A DNA stretch of 64,000 bases from Rhabdothermincola salaria (GCF_021246445.1 NZ_JAJQXW010000001.1:992001-1056000); one strand, 5' to 3'; shown: positions 37,750 through 47,347, counted from the stretch's first letter. A program made the numbers and translations. The notes: generated by a model not told the origin, from the letters alone.

Positions 37750-38789
37750 GGATAGACCCCCACGGTGCTGAGGCCGGTCTGCTCGGGCAGTCCGGCGAGG
37801 ATGTTGGCGCACTGCACGGCCTGGCCCGACGCGCCCTTGGTGAGGTTGTCGATGGCGGCCAGGGCGATCAGCCACCCGGTGCGCTCGTCGGCCCGGACGC
37901 TGACGTGGGCCGTGTTGGAGCCCAGGCAGGCCTTGGTCGACGGCGAGGCGTCGGTGACGACGACGAAGGGCTCCGTGGCGTAGTGGTTCCGGTACCGGTC
38001 GAGCAGGTCGCCGGTGGTGTGCCCGGCGACGGGCCGCAGGTAGCAGGTGGCCAGCATGCCCCGGTTCATGGGGGCCAGGTGGGGGGTGAACAGCACCGAC
38101 ACGTCGGCCGCGCCGGCACCGGCCAGACGGGCCACCGACTGCTCGATCTCCGGCGTGTGGCGGTGGGTGAGCAGGCCGTAGGCGGTGAAGTCCTCGTCGA
38201 CGGCGCAGAACGTGGTGTTGGGCTTGGGCGGGCGACCCGCGCCCGACGCACCGCTCACCGCGTTCACCACGATGGAGTCCAGCTCCACCAGGCCGCCGGT
38301 GAGGAGGGGGGCCATGGCCAGCGCAGCCGCTGTCGGGTAGCAGCCCGGGGTGGCCACCGCCGACGAGGCGGCGATCTCGGCCCGGAACAGCTCGGGGAGG
38401 CCGTAGGCGAAGCCGGCGAGCAGGTCGGGCACCGAGTGGGCCTCGCCGTACCAACGGGGGTAGAGGTCGGGGTCCTCGAGGCGGAAGTCGGCGGCCAGGT
38501 CGACGACCCAGCGCACGTCGTCGACCAACTCGGGCATGAGCGCCTGCGACGCCCCGTGGGGGAGCCCGCAGAAGACGAGGTCGACCCCGTCGAGCAACGA
38601 GCGATCGTACGGGACGAAGACCGTGTCGGGGTGGGCGCCGGCGAGGCTGGGATAGAGCTCGGCCACCCTCGTGCCCGCCTGGCTGTCGCCGGTGGCGAAG
38701 CGGACGCGCATCTCCGGGTGGGCGCTGGTGAGCCTGAGCAGTTCAGCCCCCGTGTAGCCGGAGGCGCCGATGATGCCGACCTCGATCAC
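37746..38789 (-). CDS. argC: N-acetyl-gamma-glutamyl-phosphate reductase
   Basis: GASGYTGAEL, PGCYPT, SGASGAG, HRHTPE, IDNLTKGASGQA. Confidence 0.97.
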   Translation of the reverse strand: MIEVGIIGASGYTGAELLRLTSAHPEMRVRFATGDSQAGTRVAELYPSLAGAHPDTVFVPYDRSLLDGVDLVFCGLPHGASQALMPELVDDVRWVVDLAADFRLEDPDLYPRWYGEAHSVPDLLAGFAYGLPELFRAEIAASSAVATPGCYPTAAALAMAPLLTGGLVELDSIVVNAVSGASGAGRPPKPNTTFCAVDEDFTAYGLLTHRHTPEIEQSVARLAGAGAADVSVLFTPHLAPMNRGMLATCYLRPVAGHTTGDLLDRYRNHYATEPFVVVTDASPSTKACLGSNTAHVSVRADERTGWLIALAAIDNLTKGASGQAVQCANILAGLPEQTGLSTVGVYP

Positions 38790-38795
38790 CCGAAC

Positions 38796-38824
38796 ACCAT
38801 ACGCAGGTCTGCATAGTCATGCAA
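38796..38824 (-). promoter_or_regulatory. arg operon promoter with overlapping ARG box
   Basis: -35 TTGCAT, 17 nt, -10 TATGGT, 6 nt, then the GTG start. Palindrome TGCAT-agtc-ATGCA (38810-38823) overlaps the -35. Confidence 0.8.
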
Positions 38825-38841
38825 ACCGGCGCCGAGCCGGG

Positions 38842-41253
38842 TCACCCTCGCAGGGTGGCTCCCCAACGGGCCTCGACGGCGTCGATCACGGCACGACGGC
38901 ATGTGGTGAGGTCGTCATCGGTGAGGGTGCGGTCGCCGGCCTGGAGCCGGAGCCGGAAGGCCAGGCTGCGGCGCCCGTCGGCGACCGGCGCGCCGCGGAA
39001 GACGTCGAACAGCTCGCAACGGACCAACAGCTCGCCGGCGGCACCCTCGATGGTGCGGCCCACGTCGGCCGCCGGCACCGCCTCGTCGACCTCGAAGGCC
39101 AGGTCGAGGTCGCTGGAGGGATACCGGCTGATGGCCCGATAGGGGTGCTCCCCGTGAGGCAGGGCCAAGAGGGCATCGAGATCGAGATGCAGCCAGGCCA
39201 CCCGTTCGCGGATCTCGGAACGTCCGAGGACGGCGGGGTCGACCTCACCGACCTCGCCCACGGCCGTGTCGCCCACCAGCACCAGGGCACTGCGACCGGG
39301 GTGCAGACCGAGTGGGTCGACCGACTGGTCGAGGCGCTGTGGCCCCGAGCCGAGGGTGCGGTGCAGCGTCTCCCACACCTGGACCGCAGCGGAGGCCTCC
39401 GCCCCGGCCAGCACCACGCCGAGGTGTTCACGCTCGTCGGGCAGCACCTGGCCCTGCGGCGGGCGGGCGAACACCTTGCCGAGCTCGAACAGCGCCGCGC
39501 CGTCGCGGCGATGCGACTCGTTGTAGGCCACCGCCTTGAGCAGCCCGGGGCGCAGCGACGGTCGCAGCACCGACTCCTCGGCGGCCAGGGGGTTGGTGAG
39601 GGTGACCACGTCGGCGACCAGCCCGCAGCGCTCGAGGTCGTCGGGGGCGAGGAAGGGCAGCGGCATGGCTTCGTCGAGTCCCAGCCCGACGAGGACCTGG
39701 CGGATGACCCGGCGGTCGTGCTGGCGCGGGGTGAGGGCACCGGTGCGGCTGGAGCGGGGCATCCGCCTCGGGATGCGGCTGTAGCCGTGGTGCCGGGCGA
39801 TCTCCTCGATCACGTCGGTCTCGGTGACCGTGTCGGGTCGGAAGGACGGGACCCGCACCGCCAGCTCCTCGGCCTCACGGGACCAGCCCTCGGAGCTGAC
39901 CAGCCCCGTGGACGCGTCGCGGGAGCGGGCCACGATCTCGAACCCGATGGGCTCGAGCTGGGCCACGATCTCGTCGGCCGGGAGGTGGACGCCGAGCAGC
40001 TCGGCCACCCTGCTCTCGCGGACCCGCACCGGGGCTCGCTCGGGCAGGCCGCCGTCGACGGTCACCGCGCCGGCGACGAGACGCGCGCCCGAAGGGGCCA
40101 GCAGCTCCGCCAGACGACGAGCGGCCAGGTCGACCACCTCGGGGTCGGTGCCGCGCTCGAAGCGGGCCGACGCCTCCGAGCGCAGACCGAGGTGCTTGGA
40201 GCTTCGGGCCACGGCCATGGGCTGCCACCAGGCGCACTCGAGCAGCACCGCCGTGGTGGTGTCGGAGATCTCGGTCGACGCCCCGCCCATCACGCCGGCG
40301 ATGCCCACCGCCGTGTCGGAGCGATCGCAGATCACACCGTCGCGGCCTCCGGTGAGGGTGCGCTCGACACCGTCGAGGGTGGTGATGCGCTCGCCGTCGC
40401 GGGCCCAACGCACCCGTAGGGCAGCGTCGGGCACCTTCGCGGCGTCGTAGGTGTGGTTGGGCTGGCCCAGCTCCAGCATCACGTAGTTGGAGGCGTCGAC
40501 GACGTTGTTGATGGGCCGCATGCCGAGGGCGGTGAGGCGGTCGGCGATCCAGCGGGGAGACGGCTCGACCCGCACCCCCTCGATGACCCGCACGTGGAAG
40601 CGTCCGCAGAGGTCGGGATCGACGATCTCGACCGACGGCGTGATGCCCTGCTCGCCTGCCACCTCGTCGACCTGCGGTTCGGGGATGGCGAAGGGCAGCC
40701 CCAGACGGGCGGCCAGGTCGCGCGCCACACCGGCGACCGACATGGCATCGGGGCGGTTGGGGTTGATCTCGAGGTCGTAGAGGACATCGGGGCTGACCCC
40801 GAGCGCCCTTGTGATCGGCGTGCCCGGGTCGGCGCCCTCCTCGAGGATCCAGATACCCGAGTGGTCGTCGCCCAGCCCGAGCTCGCGACCGGAGCACAAC
40901 ATGCCGTTGGACCACTCGCCGCGCATCTTGCGACGGGCGATCTCCATGCCGTCGGGCATGGTGGTGCCGAGCGTGGCCAGCGGCACGAGGTCGCCCTCGG
41001 ACATGTTGAAGGCCCCGCAGCAGATCTGGAGGGCCTCGCCGTCACCCCGATCGACGTCGACGAGTTGGATCTTGTCGGCGTCGGGGTGCTCGCGCAGGGC
41101 CAGCACCCGAGCCACGACCACCCCGTCGAGGCCCTCGCCGATGCGTTCGATGGACTCGACGGCCATGCCGAGGTCGCTCATCTGGTCGCCGAGCGCGACG
41201 GGGTCGCCCTCGAAGGGCGCGAACTCTCGGAGCCAGGACAGGAGGACCTTCAT
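38842..41253 (-). CDS. pheT: Phenylalanine--tRNA ligase beta subunit
   Basis: MKVLLSWLREF, HPDADK, NPNRPD, RFERG, LRPSLRPGLL, DRTLTD. Confidence 0.97.
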   Translation of the reverse strand: MKVLLSWLREFAPFEGDPVALGDQMSDLGMAVESIERIGEGLDGVVVARVLALREHPDADKIQLVDVDRGDGEALQICCGAFNMSEGDLVPLATLGTTMPDGMEIARRKMRGEWSNGMLCSGRELGLGDDHSGIWILEEGADPGTPITRALGVSPDVLYDLEINPNRPDAMSVAGVARDLAARLGLPFAIPEPQVDEVAGEQGITPSVEIVDPDLCGRFHVRVIEGVRVEPSPRWIADRLTALGMRPINNVVDASNYVMLELGQPNHTYDAAKVPDAALRVRWARDGERITTLDGVERTLTGGRDGVICDRSDTAVGIAGVMGGASTEISDTTTAVLLECAWWQPMAVARSSKHLGLRSEASARFERGTDPEVVDLAARRLAELLAPSGARLVAGAVTVDGGLPERAPVRVRESRVAELLGVHLPADEIVAQLEPIGFEIVARSRDASTGLVSSEGWSREAEELAVRVPSFRPDTVTETDVIEEIARHHGYSRIPRRMPRSSRTGALTPRQHDRRVIRQVLVGLGLDEAMPLPFLAPDDLERCGLVADVVTLTNPLAAEESVLRPSLRPGLLKAVAYNESHRRDGAALFELGKVFARPPQGQVLPDEREHLGVVLAGAEASAAVQVWETLHRTLGSGPQRLDQSVDPLGLHPGRSALVLVGDTAVGEVGEVDPAVLGRSEIRERVAWLHLDLDALLALPHGEHPYRAISRYPSSDLDLAFEVDEAVPAADVGRTIEGAAGELLVRCELFDVFRGAPVADGRRSLAFRLRLQAGDRTLTDDDLTTCRRAVIDAVEARWGATLRG

Positions 41254-42287
41254 GCGGGGAACTGCTCCAGGAAGCGGACGTCGCCGGTGTACATCTCGCG
41301 GATGTCGTCGACCCCGTGGCGCATGAGGGCCAGGCGGTCGAGACCGAAGCCGAAGGCGAACCCGGACCACTGCTCGGGATCGAGCCCCACGTTGGTGAGC
41401 ACGTTGGGGTGCACCATCCCGCAGCCGCCGAGCTCCAACCACCCGGTCTGGGCGCACGTGCGACACCCGGAGCCCTCGCAGAACACGCAGTTGATGTCGT
41501 ACTCGGCGGACGGCTCGGTGAACGGGAAGTAGGACGGGCGCAGCCGGGAGTGGATGGCCCCGCCGAAGTAGGCGGTGGTGAACGCCTCGAGGGTGCCGGC
41601 CAGGTCGGCGAAGGACACACCCCGGTCGACGACCAGGCCCTCGATCTGGTGGAACACCGGCATGTGGCTGGCATCGGCGGTGTCGCGGCGGAACACCCGT
41701 CCGGGCATCACCGAGTAGAAGGGCGGCTCGCCCTCGCTCATCACCCGGATCTGCACGGGAGAGGTGTGGGTGCGCAACAAGGTGGACTCGGGGGCGCCGA
41801 GGTCGACGTACAGGGTGTCCCACATGCCCCGGGCCGGGTGGGCCGAAGGGATGTTGAGGGCCTCGAAGTTGTGCCAGTCGGTCTCGACCTCGGGCCCTTC
41901 GGCCACCTCGAAGCCCATGCCGACGAAGACGTCGACCAGGCGGTCCCAGGTCTGGGTGACGAGGTGGAGGCTGCCGCGGCGCCGGTGCTCGACGATCTCG
42001 GTGAGGTCCTGGCGCTCGGCCAGCAGGCGGGCCTGGTGGGCGACGGACTCGAGGGCGGCGCGCCGCTCGGCGGCCGCCTCCTCGAGCACGGTCCGCGCCT
42101 CGTTGAGGGCCTGGCCGGTGGCCCGGCGCTCGTCGGGATCGAGGCCGCTCAGGCGCTTCTTGAGCGAGGCCAGCTCGCCCTTCTTGCCGAGCAGGTCGGC
42201 CTCGGCCTCGTGGAGGGCGTCGAGGTCGGGGGCGTCGCGGAGTCGTTCGGTCCCGCTCGTGGTGAGCGTGGCGAGGTCGTCGATCAT
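41250..42287 (-). CDS. pheS: Phenylalanine--tRNA ligase alpha subunit
   Basis: HPAR.MWDT, LRTHTSPVQ, FHQIEG, YFPFTEPS, GFAFGFGLDR. Confidence 0.97.
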   Translation of the reverse strand: MIDDLATLTTSGTERLRDAPDLDALHEAEADLLGKKGELASLKKRLSGLDPDERRATGQALNEARTVLEEAAAERRAALESVAHQARLLAERQDLTEIVEHRRRGSLHLVTQTWDRLVDVFVGMGFEVAEGPEVETDWHNFEALNIPSAHPARGMWDTLYVDLGAPESTLLRTHTSPVQIRVMSEGEPPFYSVMPGRVFRRDTADASHMPVFHQIEGLVVDRGVSFADLAGTLEAFTTAYFGGAIHSRLRPSYFPFTEPSAEYDINCVFCEGSGCRTCAQTGWLELGGCGMVHPNVLTNVGLDPEQWSGFAFGFGLDRLALMRHGVDDIREMYTGDVRFLEQFPA

Positions 42288-42348
42288 CGCCACCGAGCCT
42301 GTCGGAGGGGGACGCGAGCGTCCAATTGGTTGAGCGACCGGCGCCCGT

Positions 42349-43176
42349 TCACCGCCGGCTCCGACGCTGGCGGGCCGCCTCGAACAGGACGACGGCACCG
42401 GCCACGCCCACGTTCAACGACTCGACCCGCCCGGCCATGGGGATCGTCACCTCGGTGTCGACCAGCGCCGCCACCTCGGCACCGAGGCCGTGGGCCTCGG
42501 ATCCGAGCAGGAGAGCGAACGGGGCGGTGAGGTCGAGCTCCTCGGGGGCGGCTCCCCCGCGTGCCACCGTGCCGAGCAGGCTGCGCCCGCCGGCCCGCAG
42601 CGCCACCAGGGCGGCGATCGTGGGCCGACCGGCCGGGGACTCGGCGACGGGCACCCGGAAGACCGAGCCGGCGGCGGCGCGCACCGTCTTGGGCCCGAAG
42701 GGGTCGACCGCGTCGTCGGCGAACAGCACCCCCGCGGCGCCGGCCGCTTCGGCGGTGCGCACGGCGGTGCCGGCGTTGCCGGGATCGCGCACCCCCGCCA
42801 CCACCATGACGGGACCCCGCTCCGTGGCGAACTCGGCGACGTCGACGACGCGCCGAGCGGCGACCGCCATGACTCCCTGGGGGGTGGCGGTGTCGGCCAC
42901 CCGATCGATGACGCCGGGCGCCAGGCGGTGCACCTCGACCCCGGAGTCGGTGGCCGTGGCCAGCAGCTCATGCACCCCGGACCCCGCGTCGGCCCGATGG
43001 GCCAGGTCGGCGTCGACGTAGACCTCGAGGAGCACACCGGGCACCGCCAGCGCCTCGGTGACGGCGACCACGCCCTCGACCACGCAGCGGCCGGCCTCGA
43101 GACGCGCCCTGCGGCGCCCCGAGAGGCGCCGCAGGGTGGTCACTCGTGGGTTCCCCGCCGACAGCGGTGCGGCCAT
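42349..43176 (-). CDS. TrmH/SpoU family RNA methyltransferase
   Basis: DPGNAGT.VRTA, GSEAHGL, ESLNVGVA. Confidence 0.92.
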   Translation of the reverse strand: MAAPLSAGNPRVTTLRRLSGRRRARLEAGRCVVEGVVAVTEALAVPGVLLEVYVDADLAHRADAGSGVHELLATATDSGVEVHRLAPGVIDRVADTATPQGVMAVAARRVVDVAEFATERGPVMVVAGVRDPGNAGTAVRTAEAAGAAGVLFADDAVDPFGPKTVRAAAGSVFRVPVAESPAGRPTIAALVALRAGGRSLLGTVARGGAAPEELDLTAPFALLLGSEAHGLGAEVAALVDTEVTIPMAGRVESLNVGVAGAVVLFEAARQRRSRR

Positions 43177-43204
43177 CGGGAGGGGTGGTCCGGAACCGGG
43201 CCGC

Positions 43205-43570
43205 TCAGGCCTCGGCCGTCGCCGCCGCGTCGGCGGCCTTCACCAGCTCGGCGAACGCCGCCGGATCGGTGACGGCGAGGTCGGCGAGGACCTTGCGATC
43301 GACCTCGATGCCGGCGCCCTTGAGCCCGGCGATGAAGCGCGAGTACGTCGTGCCGTTGAGCCGGCAGGCGGCGTTGATGCGCTGGATCCAGAGCTGGCGG
43401 AACTCGCCCTTGCGCGCGCGCCGATCACGGTACGCGTACTGCAGGGAGTGCATGACCTGCTCGTTGGCCGCCCGGTACGAGCGGCTCTTGTTGCCGTAGT
43501 AGCCCTTGGCGCGCTCGAGAGTGGCGCGACGGTGCTTCTTGCTGGCGACGGCACGTTTGACTCTGGCCAT
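43205..43570 (-). CDS. rplT: 50S ribosomal protein L20
   Basis: [39 protein letters not shown]. Confidence 0.98.
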   Translation of the reverse strand: MARVKRAVASKKHRRATLERAKGYYGNKSRSYRAANEQVMHSLQYAYRDRRARKGEFRQLWIQRINAACRLNGTTYSRFIAGLKGAGIEVDRKVLADLAVTDPAAFAELVKAADAAATAEA

Positions 43571-43651
43571 CGGAGCCTCCTTGATGTCGAGGGAGAGAAC
43601 GGGGGGTCACCGGCTCGTGGCCGGCGGTCCGGCGGGCGCCGGAGGAGGTTC

Positions 43652-43846
43652 CTAGAGGCCGAGCTGGCGACGGACCTTGGCGCTGTCGCCCGGCGAGAGG
43701 ACGAAGTCGCCCTTGAGCCGACGCTTGCGGCTGGGGGACTTCTTCTCGAGGATGTGGTTGAGGTTCGAGCTGCGGCGGGTGATCTTGCCGGTCCCGGTGA
43801 TCTTGAAGCGCTTCTTGGCGCCGCTGTGGGTCTTCATCTTCGGCAT
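43652..43846 (-). CDS. rpmI: 50S ribosomal protein L35
   Basis: MPKMKTHSGAKKRFKITGTGK, HILEKKS. Confidence 0.98.
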   Translation of the reverse strand: MPKMKTHSGAKKRFKITGTGKITRRSSNLNHILEKKSPSRKRRLKGDFVLSPGDSAKVRRQLGL

Positions 43847-43905
43847 TGGTTCTCCGATGGGTGGGGCCGACGAGCCGAGCGGCTCGGTGGTGGGGGGCCG
43901 ACGGC

Positions 43906-44544
43906 TCAGGCGTCGTCGGTGGGGGCGGTCTCCGGCGCAGGGGCGGCGGAGTCGGGGGCGGCGGCGGACTCCGAGGTCTCCGCGTCGGAGGTCTGGCGCT
44001 CACGTTCGGCCGCGGCCTGGGCCTTCTTGTCCGGTCCGAGCACCATGGTCATGTTGCGACCGTCGAGGCGGGGGTAGGTCTCGACCCGACCGGTGTGGGC
44101 CACGGCCTCGGCGACGTGGTCGAGGATCTTGCGCCCGAGCTCGGGATGTTGCATCTCCCGACCGCGGAACATGATCGTGACCTTCACCTTGTGGCCTTCG
44201 GACAGGAAGTGCTCGACCTTCTTGGTCTTGGTGTCGAAGTCGCCGGACCCGATCTTGGGCCGGTACTTCATCTCCTTGACCACGACGTTGGTGCTCTTCT
44301 TCCGGGATTCCTTCGCCCGCTGGGCGGCCTCGTACTTGTACTTGCCGTAATCCATGATCCGGCAGACAGGGGGGTTGGCCTTGTCGGCCACCTCCACGAG
44401 GTCGAGTTCGAGTTCCCGCGCCATGTTGAGGGCTTCGGGTAGGGGCTTGATCCCGATCTGGGAACCGTCGGGACCCACGAGGCGAACCTCGCGTGCTCGA
44501 ATGCGGTCGTTGATCCGGGGCTCGTTGCTGGCGGCCGTGGCTAT
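43906..44544 (-). CDS. infC: Translation initiation factor IF-3 (non-canonical ATA start)
   Basis: EPRINDRIRAREVRLVG lies upstream of the ORF-track start. GAGGAG is 9 nt before ATA at 44544, and an in-frame TGA at 44553-44551 bounds the frame. Confidence 0.93.
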   Translation of the reverse strand: MATAASNEPRINDRIRAREVRLVGPDGSQIGIKPLPEALNMARELELDLVEVADKANPPVCRIMDYGKYKYEAAQRAKESRKKSTNVVVKEMKYRPKIGSGDFDTKTKKVEHFLSEGHKVKVTIMFRGREMQHPELGRKILDHVAEAVAHTGRVETYPRLDGRNMTMVLGPDKKAQAAAERERQTSDAETSESAAAPDSAAPAPETAPTDDA

Positions 44545-44559
44545 CGCCGGTCACTCCTC

Positions 44560-44788
44560 ATCAATGCGCAGATCCTCCGTAGCGCGGTGGGCAGGTACCG
44601 ACACCTGCACGCCACCGCGGGCGGTGGAGGGCGGGCGTCGAGGCGGGAGAGCCGACGCCCGTCGCAGCACGCGCCGAGGCACGTCCATTCGATGAGCAAC
44701 GACCCGGCGCACCCTTCCCACCGGAGCGGGTCGTATGGCCGGGTGGGGGACAAGCCCCGCTTTCCCTGTGTTGTGGGGGCCTACGATA
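44560..44788 (-). promoter_or_regulatory. Structured 5' leader of infC-rpmI-rplT (L20-leader-like)
   Basis: -10 TATCGT at 44788-44783; AAGCGGGG...CCCCCACC...GACCCG motif; hairpins at 44633-44660 and 44583-44619. Confidence 0.5.
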
Positions 44789-44870
44789 GCCAGAACCACC
44801 ACGACATGCGAGCGGCGGCGATCCGGGGCCATCAGGGCCGGGGTCGTGTGCCGGAGGAAGCGAGTACGAG

Positions 44871-45302
44871 ATGAGCCTGTGGACCCCCGGCGGCGAGGTG
44901 CCGATCGAGCGCAACCCGTCGAGCGAACCCGAGCCTGCACCCCAGGGCGACGCCGGCGCCGCGGGCATGGTGGGCGGCCCCTCCCTCGAGGACCTCTCCC
45001 CCGAGGAGCGGGCCCAGGCCGAGGCCATGATCGCCGAGATGGCCGAGGTGCAGCGCCAGATCCTGGCCGCCCCCGCCGCCCAGGTCGTCACCAACCACGT
45101 GGTCGGCCTCTACGAGCTGGCCGCCATCCACCTCGGCCAACCCGAGCCGGACCTCGAGGCCGCCCGCCTGGCCATCGACGCCATGGCGGCGGTGATGGAC
45201 GCCACCGAGCGCCGTCTCGGTGACGACGCCGCCGCCCTGCGCCAGGCCCTGACCCAGCTCCAGCAGGTCTACCTGCAGATGACCGACAGCACCGAGGGCT
45301 GA
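44871..45302 (+). CDS. DUF1844-like protein
   Basis: MSLWTPGGE, ELAAIHL..PEPDLEAARLAIDA, LRQALTQLQ. Divergent from infC, as in other actinobacteria. Confidence 0.75.
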   Translation: MSLWTPGGEVPIERNPSSEPEPAPQGDAGAAGMVGGPSLEDLSPEERAQAEAMIAEMAEVQRQILAAPAAQVVTNHVVGLYELAAIHLGQPEPDLEAARLAIDAMAAVMDATERRLGDDAAALRQALTQLQQVYLQMTDSTEG

Positions 45303-45348
45303 GCCCGACAAGCCGGGGCGGCGGGCTGTCGACGGGCCGCCGTCGGCG

Positions 45349-45606
45349 TCAGCCGGCCCGCTGGCTCGGGCGGAGGTCGGCGGCCTCCCAGCGCCCCCGG
45401 CGCCCGGGCACCACACGGAACACGACGTCGGTGCCCTCGGCGATGGTGCGGGTGCCGTCGGCGATGGCCGTGCAGTGGAAGGCCAGCTCGGTGCCGTCCG
45501 GGCCGAGCACGACACCGATGCCACGGGGGTCGTCGAAGCTGCGCACCGTGCCCCGGTGGGAGCCGAGCGGCACGATCGTGGCCCCGTCTGCGGTCGGTGG
45601 CGCCAC
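45349..45606 (-). CDS. Cold-shock-domain (OB-fold) protein, divergent
   Basis: GTVRSFDDPRGIGVV..PDGTELAFHCTAIADGTRTIAEG..V.F...GRRGRWEAADL. Confidence 0.8.
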   Translation of the reverse strand: MAPPTADGATIVPLGSHRGTVRSFDDPRGIGVVLGPDGTELAFHCTAIADGTRTIAEGTDVVFRVVPGRRGRWEAADLRPSQRAG

Positions 45607-45610
45607 CGGC

Positions 45611-46486
45611 TCAGTGGACGATCTTGGCGATCGGGATCTCGATGATGTCGGTGGCACCGGCATCGGAGAGCGCCGGGATCAACACGTTGATGGTCGCCTT
45701 CGGCACCACCGTCTCGACGGCGTAGCCGGCTTCCCCGAACAGCTCGTTGACCGTCGGGGCCTTCATCGAGGGGAGCAGGGCGATGAGGTCCTCGAGGCGG
45801 TCCTTGGGCACGTTGAGCTTCACCAGCACCTTGCCCCGCGCCTCGAGGACGCCGTCGAGCAGCGTCTTGAGCTGGCGCATGGCATGCGCCTTCTCGGGGT
45901 TGGCGAGGCTCTCGGGGTTGACGATGAGCTCGGTGTAGGAGACCAGGATGGTGTCGATGATCTTGAGCCCGGCCGCCCGCAGGGCCCGGCCGGTCTCGGT
46001 GATGTCGACGATGCAGTCGACGATGTCGGGGACCTTGGCCTCGGTGGCGCCGTACGAGAGCCGGATGTCGGCCTCGATGCCCCGCTCGGCGAAGAACCGG
46101 CGGGTCAGCTCGGGGTACTCGCTCGACACCCGGACGCCTTGGGGCAGGTCGGCGACGCTCTCGACCTCGCTCGCCTGGGGGACGGCGACGATGATGCGCA
46201 CCGGGTCGGAGGTGGCCTTGGAGTAGTGCATCTCGCCGAGGGACTCGACGCTGCTCGCCGTCTCCTCCACCCAGTCGCGGCCGGTGATGCCGAGATCGAA
46301 GAGCCCCTCGGACACGTACTGGGGGATCTCCTGGGGACGCAGGATGCGAACCTCGTCGACCCGGGGGTCGACGATGGAGGCCTTGTACTGCACGGCGGAG
46401 TCGCGGCGGACCTTGAGGTCGGCCGCCTCGAACAGCTCGAGCGTCGCCTTCTCGAGGGAGCCCTTCGGGAGCACGATCTTCAACAT
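45611..46486 (-). CDS. hisG: ATP phosphoribosyltransferase (long form)
   Basis: MLKIVLPKGSL, DLGITGRD, GATE, DITETGRAL, C-terminal regulatory domain (PTV...GATDI). Confidence 0.96.
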   Translation of the reverse strand: MLKIVLPKGSLEKATLELFEAADLKVRRDSAVQYKASIVDPRVDEVRILRPQEIPQYVSEGLFDLGITGRDWVEETASSVESLGEMHYSKATSDPVRIIVAVPQASEVESVADLPQGVRVSSEYPELTRRFFAERGIEADIRLSYGATEAKVPDIVDCIVDITETGRALRAAGLKIIDTILVSYTELIVNPESLANPEKAHAMRQLKTLLDGVLEARGKVLVKLNVPKDRLEDLIALLPSMKAPTVNELFGEAGYAVETVVPKATINVLIPALSDAGATDIIEIPIAKIVH

Positions 46487-46576
46487 TCCGGCCACGCTAC
46501 CGCTCCCACCGCGCCCCTCCGGCAGGGGTTCCGCCGGACCCGCTGACCGGACCGAAGAGCCCGTAGGCTGATCGCC

Positions 46577-47347
46577 ATGACCACCTCGCACGACCACGGT
46601 CCCGACGCCGCCGAGGGCGAGCGCCACCCTGGTCGTGATGGCGGTCCCGGGCCCGTCCTGAGCCACGGCGAACGCCACTACAGCCATCGGGTGGGCTGGC
46701 TGCGAGCAGCCGTGCTCGGTGCCAACGACGGCATCGTCTCCACCGCGGCCCTGGTCCTCGGTGTGGCCGCCGCCGATGCGAGCCGTGACGCGGTCCTCAC
46801 CGCCGGCGTGGCCGGTCTGGCGGCCGGCGCACTGTCGATGGGGCTCGGCGAGTACGTCTCGGTGAGCTCCCAGCGCGACACCGAGAAGGCCGACATCGCC
46901 AAGGAGAAGTGGGAACTCGAGCACGTCCCCGAGCGCGAGTTGGCCGAGCTCGCCGCCATCTACCGCGAGAAGGGCCTCTCCCCCCGCCTGGCCCGCGAGG
47001 TGGCCGAGGAGCTCACCGACCACGATGCGCTGCGCACCCACCTGATCGAGGAGCTCGGCATCACCGAGCAGACCCAGGCCCGACCGCTCGTGGCCGCCGG
47101 GTCCTCAGGGCTGGCCTTCTCGATCGGCGCCGCCATCCCCCTCGTCGCCGCGGCGGCGAGCGGGTCACCGCCGAGCATCCTGGTGATCCTGGCCGCCGCC
47201 TTGGTGGCGCTGGCGTTGCTCGGTGTGGTGTCGGCGCTCACCGGCGGTGCCCGGCCCGGTCGGCCCATGGCCCGCATCATCGTGGGTGGCGCCGCGGCGA
47301 TGGCCCTCACCATGGGCATCGGCCGCCTGGTCGGCACCGCGGTCTGA
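46577..47347 (+). CDS. VIT1/CCC1 family Fe/Mn transporter
   Basis: WLRAAVLGANDGIVST, AGALSMGLGEYVSVSSQRD, His-rich N-terminus. Confidence 0.93.
   Translation: MTTSHDHGPDAAEGERHPGRDGGPGPVLSHGERHYSHRVGWLRAAVLGANDGIVSTAALVLGVAAADASRDAVLTAGVAGLAAGALSMGLGEYVSVSSQRDTEKADIAKEKWELEHVPERELAELAAIYREKGLSPRLAREVAEELTDHDALRTHLIEELGITEQTQARPLVAAGSSGLAFSIGAAIPLVAAAASGSPPSILVILAAALVALALLGVVSALTGGARPGRPMARIIVGGAAAMALTMGIGRLVGTAV

Noticed and set aside
33553..38454. Apparent N-terminal extensions or fusions of arg genes (also pyrG, pheT, fmt, ribBA, hisG, gmk) in the ORF track
   Set aside because: These are longest-ORF artefacts. True starts are downstream, mostly coupled by ATGA/GTGA overlaps with the preceding stop codon.
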